Positions 40,537 to 50,494 of a stretch of DNA of 64,000 bases are shown piece after piece; within the stretch, counting starts at the first letter, position 1, and each line of letters begins with the position of its first letter. The position numbers were made by a program, and so were the translations under genes. The DNA comes from an uncultured Gemmatimonadales bacterium (GTDB taxonomy: Bacteria; Gemmatimonadota; Gemmatimonadetes; Gemmatimonadales; GWC2-71-9). The notes below the pieces were generated by a model. It was not told the origin of the DNA. It searched no databases and saw nothing but the letters and a program-made list of their open reading frames with translations. The DNA is taken from contig CAVSQW010000014.1 of assembly GCA_963730185.1 (NCBI GenBank), forward strand, positions 64,001 to 128,000, written 5' to 3'.

Positions 40537-40621
40537 CGGAACGCCACCGGCTCGGAACTTTGCGAGCCCTGGGGCGGTCGTCCGGTCTGGCCAGGGGTGC
40601 AAGAAACGGCCGAAAGTTGTG

Positions 40622-40681
40622 TAAGTCGTTGCGGAGGCGATTCTTATCAAAATGGCTGCTAGCCTTGGCATAGCCGTTGCC
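40622..40681 (+). promoter_or_regulatory. IHF-like dyad (40622-40646) plus sigma54 promoter (40666-40681) upstream of pilM
   Basis: TAAGTCGTTGCGGAGGCGATTCTTA, then TGGCAT-AGCCG-TTGCC; same layout as the pilA promoter. Confidence 0.7.
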
Positions 40682-40760
40682 CGCGGTGCATGGACTTGAG
40701 AGAGTGGCGCTGCTGAAAGGTGCGGACGGCGGAACCGGCAGCGATCGAGCCTCAAAGTTG

Positions 40761-40843
40761 TAAACTGTTGATTGGCAAAGTGTTAACTGCGGTGACTCCG
40801 GTGGAGTCACTTGCTTGACAAAAGGTTGCGCAGCACCTAGCGT
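40761..40843 (+). promoter_or_regulatory. IHF consensus site plus sigma70 promoter upstream of pilM
   Basis: TAAACTGTTGATT is the reverse complement of WATCAANNNNTTR; TTGACA (40815)-17 bp-TAGCGT (40838). Confidence 0.65.
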
Positions 40844-40875
40844 GACCGTCAACCATCTTGGCACCTGGGCGGCGC

Positions 40876-41919
40876 ATGGGACTTTTCAACCGCACCCGCA
40901 CGTCGGTTGGCCTCGACATTGGCAGCGGCCTGATCAAGCTGGCCGTGGTCTCGCACGGGTCGGGCGAGCCCGTGCTGTCCAAGGTGGCGATGGCCACGGT
41001 CGTCGACGACGCCATCGTCGAGGGCGAAGTCATGGACCCGGGGATCGTGGCTGACGCGATCCGGGGCCTGTTCGAGCAGGCGGGCCTCAAGCCCAAGAAC
41101 GTGGTGACCGCCGTGGGCGGTCGCGACGTGATCATCAAGAAGATCCCGATGGATCGGATGAAGGAGTCCGAGGCGCGGGAGCTGATCCGTTGGGAGGCGG
41201 AGCAGCACGTGCCGTTCGACATGGACAACGTGGAGCTGGACTTCCAGATCCTCGATCCGGCGGACGACGGGCTTCAGATGTCGGTGCTGCTGGTGGCGGC
41301 CAAGCGGGAGCTGGTGGAGACCAAGATCGCGTTGCTGACCGACATCGGGATCGATCCCTCGGTCATCGACGTGGACGCCTTCGCGCTCCACAACGCCTTT
41401 GAAGTCAATTACCCCGACGCCATGAAGGGCGTGGTCGGGTTGGTCAACATCGGCCACGAGATCACCAACGTGAATATCCTCGACGAGGGGGTTCCGGTGC
41501 TGACCCGTGACCTGCCGGTGGGGACGCGCCGGTTCCGGGAGGATCTGCAGCGCGAGCGGGGTCTCGCGGCGGACGAGGCGGAGCGGCTGCTCCGGGCCTT
41601 CGAGCCGGACGAGATGCTGGCGCCGTTCCTTCAGAGCCGGGGTGAAGAGCTGGCGGTGGGCATCGAGCGCGCCGCGGCGTTTCTCCAGACGGCCGCCCGG
41701 TCGGCGGCTGGTCTGGCGCGCCTGTACCTGTCGGGCGGCGGGGCTCGGATTCCGGGGCTGGCCAAGGCCCTGGGCGACCGGCTCAAGCTCCCGGTGCAGT
41801 TGGCCAATCCCATCGAGCGGGTGCAGGTCGCCGATGGGGTGTTCGATTCCATGAACGTAGACGAGGTCGCGCCGCTTCTGATGCTGCCGGTCGGCCTCGC
41901 GCTGCGGCAGGCGGCCTGA
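40876..41919 (+). CDS. pilM: type IV pilus assembly protein PilM
   Basis: 'VGLDIGSGLIK', 'EAEQHVPF', 'VLLVAAK', 'LSGGGA'. Confidence 0.93.
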   Translation: MGLFNRTRTSVGLDIGSGLIKLAVVSHGSGEPVLSKVAMATVVDDAIVEGEVMDPGIVADAIRGLFEQAGLKPKNVVTAVGGRDVIIKKIPMDRMKESEARELIRWEAEQHVPFDMDNVELDFQILDPADDGLQMSVLLVAAKRELVETKIALLTDIGIDPSVIDVDAFALHNAFEVNYPDAMKGVVGLVNIGHEITNVNILDEGVPVLTRDLPVGTRRFREDLQRERGLAADEAERLLRAFEPDEMLAPFLQSRGEELAVGIERAAAFLQTAARSAAGLARLYLSGGGARIPGLAKALGDRLKLPVQLANPIERVQVADGVFDSMNVDEVAPLLMLPVGLALRQAA

Positions 41920-41955
41920 CGGCTCACGACTCGCGAGGGAACCCGGACCAAGCCG

Positions 41956-42684
41956 ATGATTACCATCAACCTGAAACCAGGCGCCAAGCGGGCGAAGGGC
42001 GCGTCCCCGATGGGGGCGGGCCTGGACCGCTTGAAGGGCCTCGGTCAGAAGATCAAGGATCCCTACCGGATCGGCGCGCTGATCCTGGGGACCGCCTGGC
42101 TCGGCTACGTGGGCATGAGCCATCTCACCGCCTCGGCCGAGATCAGCGATCTCGAGCCGAAGCTGGAGCAGGCCCGGGCCGAGAATCTCCGGTTCCGCGC
42201 CTTCCTCGGCGAGAAGCGCCGGCTCGAGTCGGTCCGCGACTCGATCCAGGCCCAGATCGCGACCATCCGTCACGTCGACGGTGACCGCTACGTCTGGCCG
42301 CACATTCTCGACGAGGTGGCGCGCTCGGTGCCGCCCTTCACCTGGCTCACCGACGTGGCGGTGGTGAACATCGCCGCGCCGGTCCAGGCCGACACCACCA
42401 AGCCGGTCGAGGCACCGCCGGTTCAGGTGCAGGTCACCGGCCTCACGGTCGACATCCAGGGGTACACCCGGTTGCTCCGGCAGCTCGAAGATTCGCCGTA
42501 TCTCACCCAGGTGACCGCGATCTCGGCGAATACGGTGGTGGAGGGGAATCGGGCGGTGACCAAGTTCGTGCTCCGCGCCACCTTCGAACATCCCAACGCC
42601 GGCCGGCAGGCCGATCGCCCGTCGGCGGCCGGCGCCGAACCGGCCATGGTGCCGGCCTCGGTCGCCCAGGCGCGGGAGGACTAA
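41956..42684 (+). CDS. pilN: PilN
   Basis: 'MITINL' N-terminus, TM helix, coiled coil, 'VPPFTWL', 'LEDSPY'; follows pilM. Confidence 0.85.
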   Translation: MITINLKPGAKRAKGASPMGAGLDRLKGLGQKIKDPYRIGALILGTAWLGYVGMSHLTASAEISDLEPKLEQARAENLRFRAFLGEKRRLESVRDSIQAQIATIRHVDGDRYVWPHILDEVARSVPPFTWLTDVAVVNIAAPVQADTTKPVEAPPVQVQVTGLTVDIQGYTRLLRQLEDSPYLTQVTAISANTVVEGNRAVTKFVLRATFEHPNAGRQADRPSAAGAEPAMVPASVAQARED

Positions 42685-42687
42685 GTC

Positions 42688-43323
42688 ATGGCACTCCTCG
42701 ACAATCCCAAAGCGGCGCCCTTCCTGGGCCTGCTCCTGGCCGGTCTGCTCGGGTACCTCTTCTACACGGGCGACGTGGTCAAATCGATCGGGGTCGACGG
42801 GATCCCGGTCAAGCAGGAGCGGATCGCGGTCCTCCAGGACTCGATCACCGCGCTGGAGGCGCAGACCGACAGCGTGAAGCGCGACCTGGCGCGGGGCACG
42901 ATCGAAGACCTCAAGCGGCGCATCGAGTCGTATCGCGGGACCCTGGCGGTGCTCCGCCAGCTGGTGCCCGAGCAGAACGAAGTGCCGAACCTGCTCGACG
43001 ACATCTCGACCCGGGCCAAGATCCGGGGCGTCAACCTCTCCGAGGTGGTGCCGCAGCCGGTCGCGGGTGGACCGTCGCCGTTCGACACCTATGCGTACCA
43101 GCTCGCTGTCGTGGGCCGGTACGACCAGATCGGTGAGTTCCTGGCCGACATCGCGAGCCTCCGGCGGATCATCGTCCCCTACGACGTGTCCCTGGCGACG
43201 GCGCAGCTGACCCAGGCGAAGGCCCTGGGCGACACCACCGGCGCGATGCTGGAGGCGAAGTTCCAGATCCGGACCTACGTGAAGGGTCAGGCGGCGACGG
43301 AGGGAGGACAGAATGGCAACTAG
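42688..43323 (+). CDS. pilO: PilO
   Basis: 'VPEQNEVPNLLDDI', 'GRYDQIGEFLADIASLRRII'. Confidence 0.88.
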   Translation: MALLDNPKAAPFLGLLLAGLLGYLFYTGDVVKSIGVDGIPVKQERIAVLQDSITALEAQTDSVKRDLARGTIEDLKRRIESYRGTLAVLRQLVPEQNEVPNLLDDISTRAKIRGVNLSEVVPQPVAGGPSPFDTYAYQLAVVGRYDQIGEFLADIASLRRIIVPYDVSLATAQLTQAKALGDTTGAMLEAKFQIRTYVKGQAATEGGQNGN

Positions 43324-43879
43324 GCTTCTGGCCCCGGCGCTCGCGCTCCTCACCCTGACGATCGGGTGCGGGGGCGGCGAGGACGGGGAGGCCAAGCAGG
43401 CGGGGATGGCGCCGGCGAGCGAGGTGGCCGCGGCGCCGGCCGACAGCGCGGCGGCTCCGACCGCCACGCGGGCCCCGGCCACTCACGACTCGGCCGCCCC
43501 GGCGATGGCCCAGCCGGCCGGCGCCGGTGCGACCGAGGCGCAGCCGGAAGAGGACACCTCGCTCGGACGGGAGAGCTTTTCCTACACCGGCGGGGCCCGC
43601 GATCCGTTCCAGTCGCTGCTGCTTTCCTCGCGGGTCGGTCCCGAGCTGCCCGATCTCGCCCTGGTCGCGATCTACTACGACACCCGGAACCCCGGGAACA
43701 GCGTGATCGTGATGCGCGAGAAGATCAGCGCCAAGCGCTACAACCTCCGGCCCGGCGATCGGATCGGCCGGATCCGGGTCAGCTCCGTTCGCCCCAAGGA
43801 TGTCACCTTCACCATCGATGACTTCGGCACGGAGCGGCAAGAGACGCTCTCGCTCCGCAAGCAGGAGGACACTCCATGA
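43313..43879 (+). CDS. pilP: PilP-like lipoprotein
   Basis: Lipobox TIGC; 'FSYTGGARDPF'; 'RPGDRIG'. Confidence 0.75.
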   Translation: MATRLLAPALALLTLTIGCGGGEDGEAKQAGMAPASEVAAAPADSAAAPTATRAPATHDSAAPAMAQPAGAGATEAQPEEDTSLGRESFSYTGGARDPFQSLLLSSRVGPELPDLALVAIYYDTRNPGNSVIVMREKISAKRYNLRPGDRIGRIRVSSVRPKDVTFTIDDFGTERQETLSLRKQEDTP

Positions 43880-45720
43880 CGTTCAGCTCGTGGTCGTTCG
43901 TCGCGACGGCGTTGTTCTCGTTCGCCGCGGCACCGACGCCTTCCGTCCCCGCGCCGACCGACGGTGAAGTCCAGGCCGTGAGCTTGGTCTCCGCGCCCGG
44001 TCGGGCCGATCTGGTGATTCAGGTCGGCGGCGCGGTCACGGTCAAGGACATGACGCTCTCGGATCCCGCCCGGATCGTGCTCGATCTCGACGGCGCCGTC
44101 CTGCCGGCCGACTTCAAGGACACCTACGACGGCGTCAATCGCGCCGGGGTCGTGGGGATGCGGGTCCGCCAGTACACCCAGAGCACCGTCCGGGTGGTCC
44201 TGGTCCTCGACCAGCTCAAGCCCTACACCGTTGACCGGACGCCTGACGGCATCCGGGTCTCGTTTGGCGCCGACCAGGCGTTCGCCGCCTGGACCCTCGG
44301 CTCGTCAGGGACGGCCATCGCCGGCCCGCCGCCGGCCCAGGCGCCGACCACCGAGCCGGTCGTGGTCGAGCCGGCCCAGGTCGCGTCGGTCGCGGTCCAG
44401 GACGGCGCCGCGCCGGCCGCCGAGACCCCGGCGGCGCGGAGCCTCGTGCGGGCGCCGATCCAGCGGCAGGAGCCCCGGATCACCGTCAGCTGGGACAACG
44501 CCAGCATCCAGGAAGTGATCGCCGGCTTCCAGGCCATCAGCGGCCGGTCCATCATCCTCGGCAAGAACATCGATGCCAAGGTCACGGCCGAAATCCGTGA
44601 CAAGCCCTGGCCCGACGCCTTCAAGGCGATCCTCGGCGCCTACGGGCTGTCGGCCCAGGAGGTCGAGGGCGGGATCATTCGGGTCGACGCGCCCGAGACC
44701 CTGGCCGCGATCGACTCGCTCGAGCCCCGGGAGCAGGCGGTGGTGAAGGTCAACTACGCCAGCGCCAGCGACCTGGTCAACACCGTGCAGAGCATTCTGA
44801 GCAAGCGGGGCAAGGTGGTGGCCGACACCAACTCCAACTCGCTGATCGTCTCCGAGTCGCGCTCGCAGATCCCCGGGATCGTGGACTTCGTCCGCGGCCT
44901 CGACATCAAGCCGCCCCAGATCGCGATCCAGGCGAAGATCATCTTCGTCGACCGGACCGACGTGGAGCAGCTGGGCTTCAAGTACGATCTGGGCTCGGGT
45001 GGCCAGTTCTACAACAAGCTCATTCAGCGGCCCGATCCGACCCAGGACAACAAGCCGTACGATCCGGGCGTGAACATCGTGGACCTGGGCGGAGCGTCGA
45101 TCTCGGCGATCGCCAACGCCGACGCCTTCATCCCGTCCACCGCGCTCGACCTGACCTACTCGATCGCGCTCGGCGGCTTCACCCTGACCAGCTTCCTGCA
45201 AGCGCTGGAGCGGGTCGACCTGACCGACGTGCAGTCCGAGCCGGTCATCACCACCAAGGACAACAAGCGGGCCGAGCTCCTGGTGGGCTCGGAAATCCCG
45301 GTCCGAATCGTCGACGCCGGCTCGATCGGTGCGGCCGGCCAGGCGCCCCGTGCGACGGTGCAGTTCAAGCAGGTCGGCATCAAGCTCAACGTGGTGCCCC
45401 ACGTGACGAACAACCGGCAGGTGGTGCTCAACATCGAGACCGAGCGGTCGGCGCTCCAGACGCTATCCGCGGCGGACCTCGGGTACACGATCGACAAGCA
45501 GAGCACCAAGAACGAAATTCTGGTCAGCGACGGCGAGACCGCCGTCATCGGCGGCCTCACCGTGACCACCGTCACTCGTTCCAAGACGGGGATCCCGCTC
45601 CTCTCGAGCCTCCCGATCCTGGGTAGTCTGTTCAGCTTCACGACCAACAGCGAGAACCGGAAGGACCTCATCATTCTCGTCACCCCGCGGATCGTAGACG
45701 ACTCACCCGCGGAGAATTGA
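43876..45720 (+). CDS. pilQ: type IV pilus secretin PilQ (AMIN + secretin)
   Basis: AMIN 'PARIVLDL...VRVVL'; 'GIKLNVVPHV', 'DGETAVIGGL', 'GIPLLSSLPILGSLF', 'LIILVTPRI'. Confidence 0.92.
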   Translation: MTFSSWSFVATALFSFAAAPTPSVPAPTDGEVQAVSLVSAPGRADLVIQVGGAVTVKDMTLSDPARIVLDLDGAVLPADFKDTYDGVNRAGVVGMRVRQYTQSTVRVVLVLDQLKPYTVDRTPDGIRVSFGADQAFAAWTLGSSGTAIAGPPPAQAPTTEPVVVEPAQVASVAVQDGAAPAAETPAARSLVRAPIQRQEPRITVSWDNASIQEVIAGFQAISGRSIILGKNIDAKVTAEIRDKPWPDAFKAILGAYGLSAQEVEGGIIRVDAPETLAAIDSLEPREQAVVKVNYASASDLVNTVQSILSKRGKVVADTNSNSLIVSESRSQIPGIVDFVRGLDIKPPQIAIQAKIIFVDRTDVEQLGFKYDLGSGGQFYNKLIQRPDPTQDNKPYDPGVNIVDLGGASISAIANADAFIPSTALDLTYSIALGGFTLTSFLQALERVDLTDVQSEPVITTKDNKRAELLVGSEIPVRIVDAGSIGAAGQAPRATVQFKQVGIKLNVVPHVTNNRQVVLNIETERSALQTLSAADLGYTIDKQSTKNEILVSDGETAVIGGLTVTTVTRSKTGIPLLSSLPILGSLFSFTTNSENRKDLIILVTPRIVDDSPAEN

Positions 45721-45753
45721 GGTTCGCTCGTCCCAAGCTCGCCTTCCGGTGAG

Positions 45754-45791
45754 CAGCGAAGCCGGCCCGCAAAGCCGGTTTCGTTGTTTTT
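45754..45791 (+). terminator. intrinsic terminator after pilQ
   Basis: CAGCGAAGCCGGC-CCGCAAA-GCCGGTTTCGTTG followed by TTTTT. Confidence 0.7.
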
Positions 45792-45897
45792 GGGGGTTCC
45801 GGGTTGGGGCGGGAGCCGGGGGTCGTGGCGCCCCCACGACGCCCGCTCCTCGCCCATCACCCAAGCCAAGCCCTGCCGCGAGCTTATCTTCCCAAGC

Positions 45898-47121
45898 ATG
45901 CCTCACCTCAAGTTCACGACCGCCGGCGAGTCGCACGGCAAAGGGCTCGTCGCCATCGTCGAGGGCCTCCCCGCCGGCCTTGCGATCTCGGCCGAATGGG
46001 TCGACCGCGAGCTCGGCCGCCGGATGCAGGGCTACGGGCGTGGTGCCCGGATGAAGATCGAGCAGGACCGGATCGAGTGGTTGAGCGGGGTCCGCTCGGG
46101 TGAGACTCTGGGCTCGCCGGTGGCGATGTTGATCCGGAACCGCGACTGGGACAATTGGGCCGACGTCATGGATCCCGAGGGCGGCGGCGAGCTTCGCCGC
46201 CGCCGGGTGACCCGCCCCCGGCCCGGCCACGCCGACCTGGTGGGGGTCCTGAAATACGACCGGCTCGACGCCCGGGACATCCTCGAGCGGGCCAGCGCCC
46301 GGGAAACCGCGGCCCGGGTGGCCGCCGGGGCTTGCGCCAAGCGGCTCCTGGCCGAGCTGGGGGTCGAGATCGGGAGCCACGTGGTCTCGCTCGGCGGGAT
46401 CCGCTCCGAGGTCGCCGGGGCGCTGCCAGGGGCCCTCAACGCCGTCTCCGACGCCTCGCCGGTCCGGGTCTTGAATCGAGAGGCGGAGGCCGCCATCATC
46501 GCCCGGATCGACGGGGCCAAGAAGGCAGGCGACACCCTGGGCGGCGAGGTCGAGGTCGTGGCGACCGGGGTGCCGATCGGGCTCGGCAGCCACGTGAGCT
46601 GGGACCGAAAGCTCGACGGGCGGCTGGCCGGGTTGCTGATGTCGATCCCCGCGGTGAAAGGCGTGGAGATCGGGCTCGGCTTCGAGGCCGCCCGCCGGCC
46701 GGGCTCCGACGTCCACGACCCGATCGATCCCGCCCCCGACGCCCCGGCCGACGACCCCGGGTCGGCCTTCCGCCGCCGGTCCAACCACGCCGGCGGTCTG
46801 GAAGGCGGGATGACCACCGGCGAGCCGCTGGTGGTCCGGGTCGCCATGAAGCCGATCTCGACCCTGATGAAGCCGCTCGGCACCGTGGACCTGACCTCGG
46901 GTGGCGCGGCCGCCGCTCAGAGCGAGCGCTCCGACGTCACCGCGGTGCCGGCCATGGGTGTGATCGCCGAGGCCCTGGTGGCCTTGGTGCTGGCCGACGC
47001 GGTGCTGGAGAAGTTCGGAGGCGATTCCCTGGCCGAGCTCCGCCGGAATCTGGAGGGCTATCGCCGGGCGTTAGGCAGCCGCTGGCGCGATCTGGCCGAC
47101 CCTGCCGAGGCGGCCTCGTGA
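45898..47121 (+). CDS. aroC: chorismate synthase
   Basis: 'TAGESHG', 'PRPGHAD', 'ERASARETA', 'GGLEGGMT', 'MKPISTL', 'ERSD'. Confidence 0.96.
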   Translation: MPHLKFTTAGESHGKGLVAIVEGLPAGLAISAEWVDRELGRRMQGYGRGARMKIEQDRIEWLSGVRSGETLGSPVAMLIRNRDWDNWADVMDPEGGGELRRRRVTRPRPGHADLVGVLKYDRLDARDILERASARETAARVAAGACAKRLLAELGVEIGSHVVSLGGIRSEVAGALPGALNAVSDASPVRVLNREAEAAIIARIDGAKKAGDTLGGEVEVVATGVPIGLGSHVSWDRKLDGRLAGLLMSIPAVKGVEIGLGFEAARRPGSDVHDPIDPAPDAPADDPGSAFRRRSNHAGGLEGGMTTGEPLVVRVAMKPISTLMKPLGTVDLTSGGAAAAQSERSDVTAVPAMGVIAEALVALVLADAVLEKFGGDSLAELRRNLEGYRRALGSRWRDLADPAEAAS

Positions 47122-47630
47122 GGAAGCACTTGGTGTTGGTGGGGCTCTCGGGGGCGGGAAAATCGACGGTGGGCCGACTCCTCGCCGAGCGGCTCGACAC
47201 CCACTTCACCGACATCGACCGGGTGGTCGAGCGGGCCACCGGGCTCGCCATCGCCGAGCTGTTCGCCGAGGACGGCGAGGCCGGCTTCCGCGAGCGGGAG
47301 CGCCAGGCGGTGCGCGACGCGTTCCTGTTGCCGCCCCACGTCGTGGGGCCCGGTGGCGGGTGGGCGGCCGAGCCGGGGAACCTCGACGATGCCTCCGGGC
47401 GGGCCGTGGTGGTGTACCTGGCCCTGGAACCCGCGGTCGCGGCGGCCCGGCTGGCCGGCGAGGCCGGCCGGCCGCTGCTGGCCGGTAACCCGGCGGGCCG
47501 GTTGGCCGCGTTGCTCCAGGAGCGCGAGCCCTGGTACCGCCGGGCCGGACCCGTGGTCGACGCGAGCCGGTCGCCGGACCTGGTGGCCGAGGCGATCGCC
47601 GAGGTGGCGCGGCGGGAGGCGGGTTGGTGA
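47118..47630 (+). CDS. aroK: shikimate kinase
   Basis: GTG start; 'LVGLSGAGKSTVG', 'GEAGFRERE', 'GGG', 'RPLL'. Confidence 0.9.
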   Translation: MRKHLVLVGLSGAGKSTVGRLLAERLDTHFTDIDRVVERATGLAIAELFAEDGEAGFRERERQAVRDAFLLPPHVVGPGGGWAAEPGNLDDASGRAVVVYLALEPAVAAARLAGEAGRPLLAGNPAGRLAALLQEREPWYRRAGPVVDASRSPDLVAEAIAEVARREAGW

Positions 47631-48925
47631 CGGCCGGGTCGGTGCGCGTCGTCGGCGGTGGCCTGGCCGGGTCCGAGGCGGCCTGGCGGCTGGCGGAAGC
47701 CGGGTTCGAGGTCACGCTGTTCGAGATGCGTCCCGAGCAGCGGACGCCCGCCCACCAAACCGGCCGTCTGGCGGAGCTGGTCTGCAGCAACTCGTTCAAG
47801 TCGCGCGAGACGGCCAACGCTCACGGCCTGCTCAAGGCGGAGCTTCGGCTCCTGGGAAGCCTGCTGCTGGAATGCGCCGAGGCCGCCAGCGTGCCGGGTG
47901 GCGCGGCGCTGGCGGTGGATCGGGAGGTGTTCTCCCGGCTGGTGGACGAGAAGGTCCGGGGCCATCCGCGGATCACCGTTCGGTCCGAAGAAGTGACGGC
48001 GTTGGAGCCGGGGTCGATCGTAGCCACTGGACCGCTCACCTCCGACGCCCTGTCCGCCGCGATCGCCGCCGCGCTTGGCACCGACGGCCTGGCCTTCTAC
48101 GACGCGATCGCGCCGATCGTCTCGACGGACAGCCTGGATCAGGACCTGCTGTTCGCGGCGTCGCGGTACGGCAAGGGCGGGGGCGACGACTATCTCAACG
48201 CGCCGCTCACCGCCGAGCAGTACGAGGGGTTGATCGACGCGCTGCTGGCCGGCGACCAGTACGCCGGGCACGACTTCGATCAGGCGCCCTACTTCGAGGG
48301 CTGTCTTCCAGTCGAGGAGATGGCCCGTCGGGGTCGGGAGACGCTCCGGTTCGGACCGATGAAGCCGGTCGGGTTGCCGGACCCCCGGACTGGTCGGGAA
48401 GCCCACGCGGTGGTGCAGCTCCGCCGGGAGGACCGGGCCGCCCAGATGTGGAATCTGGTCGGATTCCAGACCCGGCTCCGGATTCCGGAGCAGCAGCGGG
48501 TGTTCCGGATGATTCCGGGCTTGGCCGGGGCCGAATTCCTTCGCTACGGGAGTATCCACCGGAACGCCTATCTCAAGAGCCCGGCCGTCTTGGGGCCCGG
48601 TCTGGTCTCGGCCGACGGGGTGTTCTTTGCCGGGCAGCTGACCGGGGTGGAAGGCTACACGGAGTCTTTGGGTACTGGGCTGGTCGCCGGGATCAACCTG
48701 GCCCGGGTGCGCTTCGGGCAGCCGGTCAGTGTGCCGCCGCCCACGACGATGCTGGGCGGTCTCTACCGCTATCTCCGCGACGCCGACCCCGAGCACTTCC
48801 AGCCCATGAACGCCAACTTCGGGCTGCTCGATCCGTTCCCCGGTAAGGTCAAGAAGGCCGAGAAGCGGGCCCGACTGGCGGAGCGGGCGCTGGCCGATCT
48901 GGCGGCCTGGCGGGACGGCCTATGA
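47627..48925 (+). CDS. trmFO: tRNA (uracil-5)-methyltransferase TrmFO
   Basis: 'GGGLAGSEAAW', 'AELVCSNS', 'FEGCLP', 'GFQT', 'GQLTGVEGY'. Confidence 0.95.
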   Translation: MTAGSVRVVGGGLAGSEAAWRLAEAGFEVTLFEMRPEQRTPAHQTGRLAELVCSNSFKSRETANAHGLLKAELRLLGSLLLECAEAASVPGGAALAVDREVFSRLVDEKVRGHPRITVRSEEVTALEPGSIVATGPLTSDALSAAIAAALGTDGLAFYDAIAPIVSTDSLDQDLLFAASRYGKGGGDDYLNAPLTAEQYEGLIDALLAGDQYAGHDFDQAPYFEGCLPVEEMARRGRETLRFGPMKPVGLPDPRTGREAHAVVQLRREDRAAQMWNLVGFQTRLRIPEQQRVFRMIPGLAGAEFLRYGSIHRNAYLKSPAVLGPGLVSADGVFFAGQLTGVEGYTESLGTGLVAGINLARVRFGQPVSVPPPTTMLGGLYRYLRDADPEHFQPMNANFGLLDPFPGKVKKAEKRARLAERALADLAAWRDGL

Positions 48926-49839
48926 CGGATGCCCGGGCGCTGGTCGCCGAGTTCCTGGACCATCTCGTGCGGGAGCGGGATCAGTCGCCCAACACGGTGA
49001 TGGCCTATCGTCGCGATCTCGAGACGTTCGCGGGGTTCGCCGGCAGCTACTACGGCGAGGCCTGGCAGGTCGAGGCCGTCGACCGGCTCGGGGTCCGAGG
49101 TTTCCTGGCCGAGCTCGAGCGCCGGGGGCTCTCCCGCCGGTCGGCCGCGCGGGCGCTCTCCGCGCTCCGGGCGTTCTACCGCTACCTCCAGGTGCATCAC
49201 GGGATCGTCAACCCGGCGCCGCGGGCCGCCAAGGTCCCCAAGGTGGAAAAGCGGCTGCCCAGCTATCTTCGGCGCGAGGAGACCGAGCGGCTGTTCGAAG
49301 TGGCCGAGGCCCGCGCGGGCGATGCCGATCCGCTGGCGGTGCGCGACCTCGCGATGCTCGAGCTCTTCTACTCCAGCGGTCTCCGGCTCTCGGAGCTGGC
49401 GGGGGCGTCGCTCCGCGACCTGGACCTCCTGTCCAACCAGATCCGGGTGCGAGGCAAGGGTCGGAAGGAGCGGATCGTGCCGGTGGGCCGGCGGGCGGAG
49501 CAGGCCCTCCGGACCTATCTGGACGACCGCGAGGCGCTGGTCCGCGGTCCAGGTGCCGATCGGACCGCGCTCTTCGTCTCGGTCCGCGGGCGGCGGCTCT
49601 CGGCCCGGTCGGTCCAGCGGCGGATCCGGGGTCTGTATCAGGCGACCGGGCTCGATGGCCAGCGGGTCCACTCGCTCCGGCACACCTTCGCGACCCACCT
49701 GATGGATGCGGGCGCGGATCTCCGGGCGGTGCAGGAGCTCCTGGGCCATGCGTCGCTGGGCACCACGCAGGTGTATACCCATACCAGCGTGGAGCGCCTG
49801 AAAGACGTCTACAAGAAGGCCCATCCCCGCAGTGGCTAG
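48922..49839 (+). CDS. xerC: tyrosine recombinase XerC
   Basis: 'YSSGLRLSE', 'GKGRKER', 'HSLRHTFATH', 'LGH..LGTTQVY'; canonical trmFO-xerC-hslV context. Confidence 0.9.
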   Translation: MTDARALVAEFLDHLVRERDQSPNTVMAYRRDLETFAGFAGSYYGEAWQVEAVDRLGVRGFLAELERRGLSRRSAARALSALRAFYRYLQVHHGIVNPAPRAAKVPKVEKRLPSYLRREETERLFEVAEARAGDADPLAVRDLAMLELFYSSGLRLSELAGASLRDLDLLSNQIRVRGKGRKERIVPVGRRAEQALRTYLDDREALVRGPGADRTALFVSVRGRRLSARSVQRRIRGLYQATGLDGQRVHSLRHTFATHLMDAGADLRAVQELLGHASLGTTQVYTHTSVERLKDVYKKAHPRSG

Positions 49840-49946
49840 GGAGTTGGGAGTAGGGAGATAGGGAGGGAGTCGTGACTGGTGAGTAGGGGGCCTACTCACG
49901 ATTGCCTGCTCCCTCCCCAGTCACCAGTCACCAATCACGAGTCACT
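49839..49946. repeat. heptamer-repeat inverted array (same family as 22220-22372)
   Basis: GGGAGTT GGGAGTA ... GTGACTG GTGAGTAGG-GGG-CCTACTCAC ... CAGTCAC CAGTCAC CAATCAC GAGTCAC. Confidence 0.85.
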
Positions 49947-49957
49947 ACCGGGTCACT

Positions 49958-50494
49958 ATGGTCATGCACGGAACCACGATCATCTGCGTTCGGAAGGCCG
50001 GCAAGATGGCGTTGGGCGGCGACGGCCAGGTCAGCATGGGCGACACCGTCGTCAAGGCCCGCGCCAACAAGGTCCGCTCGCTCAAGGGAGGCCGGGTGAT
50101 GGCCGGTTTCGCGGGGTCGGTGGCCGATGGGATCACCCTCCTGGAACGGTTCGAGGAGAAGCTCGACCGCTATCCGGGCAACCTCCCGCGCGCGGCGGTC
50201 GAGCTGGCCAAGGACTGGCGGAGCGACCGGATCCTCCGCCGGCTCGAGGCCCTGCTCGTGGTGGGCGACGTGGAGCACGCCTTTCTCCTCAGCGGGGCGG
50301 GCGAGTTGATCGAGCCCGACGACGGCATCGTGGCGGTGGGGTCGGGCGGCAACTACGCCCTCGCCGCGGCCCGGGCGCTGCTCCCCAATGAGGCGTTCTC
50401 GGCGCGAGACATCGTCGAGCGCTCGCTCGGGATCGCCGCCGAGATCTGCGTCTTCACCAACGACCACCGGACCATCCTCGAGATGGGAGGGTGA
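49958..50494 (+). CDS. hslV: ATP-dependent protease peptidase subunit
   Basis: 'HGTTI', 'GDGQV', 'GFAG', 'GSGG.YA', 'EICVFTN'. Confidence 0.95.
   Translation: MVMHGTTIICVRKAGKMALGGDGQVSMGDTVVKARANKVRSLKGGRVMAGFAGSVADGITLLERFEEKLDRYPGNLPRAAVELAKDWRSDRILRRLEALLVVGDVEHAFLLSGAGELIEPDDGIVAVGSGGNYALAAARALLPNEAFSARDIVERSLGIAAEICVFTNDHRTILEMGG

Noticed and set aside
48922..49839. Tyrosine recombinase as an integrase of a mobile element
   Set aside because: Lies in the canonical trmFO-xerC-hslV housekeeping context, with no att sites or cargo.
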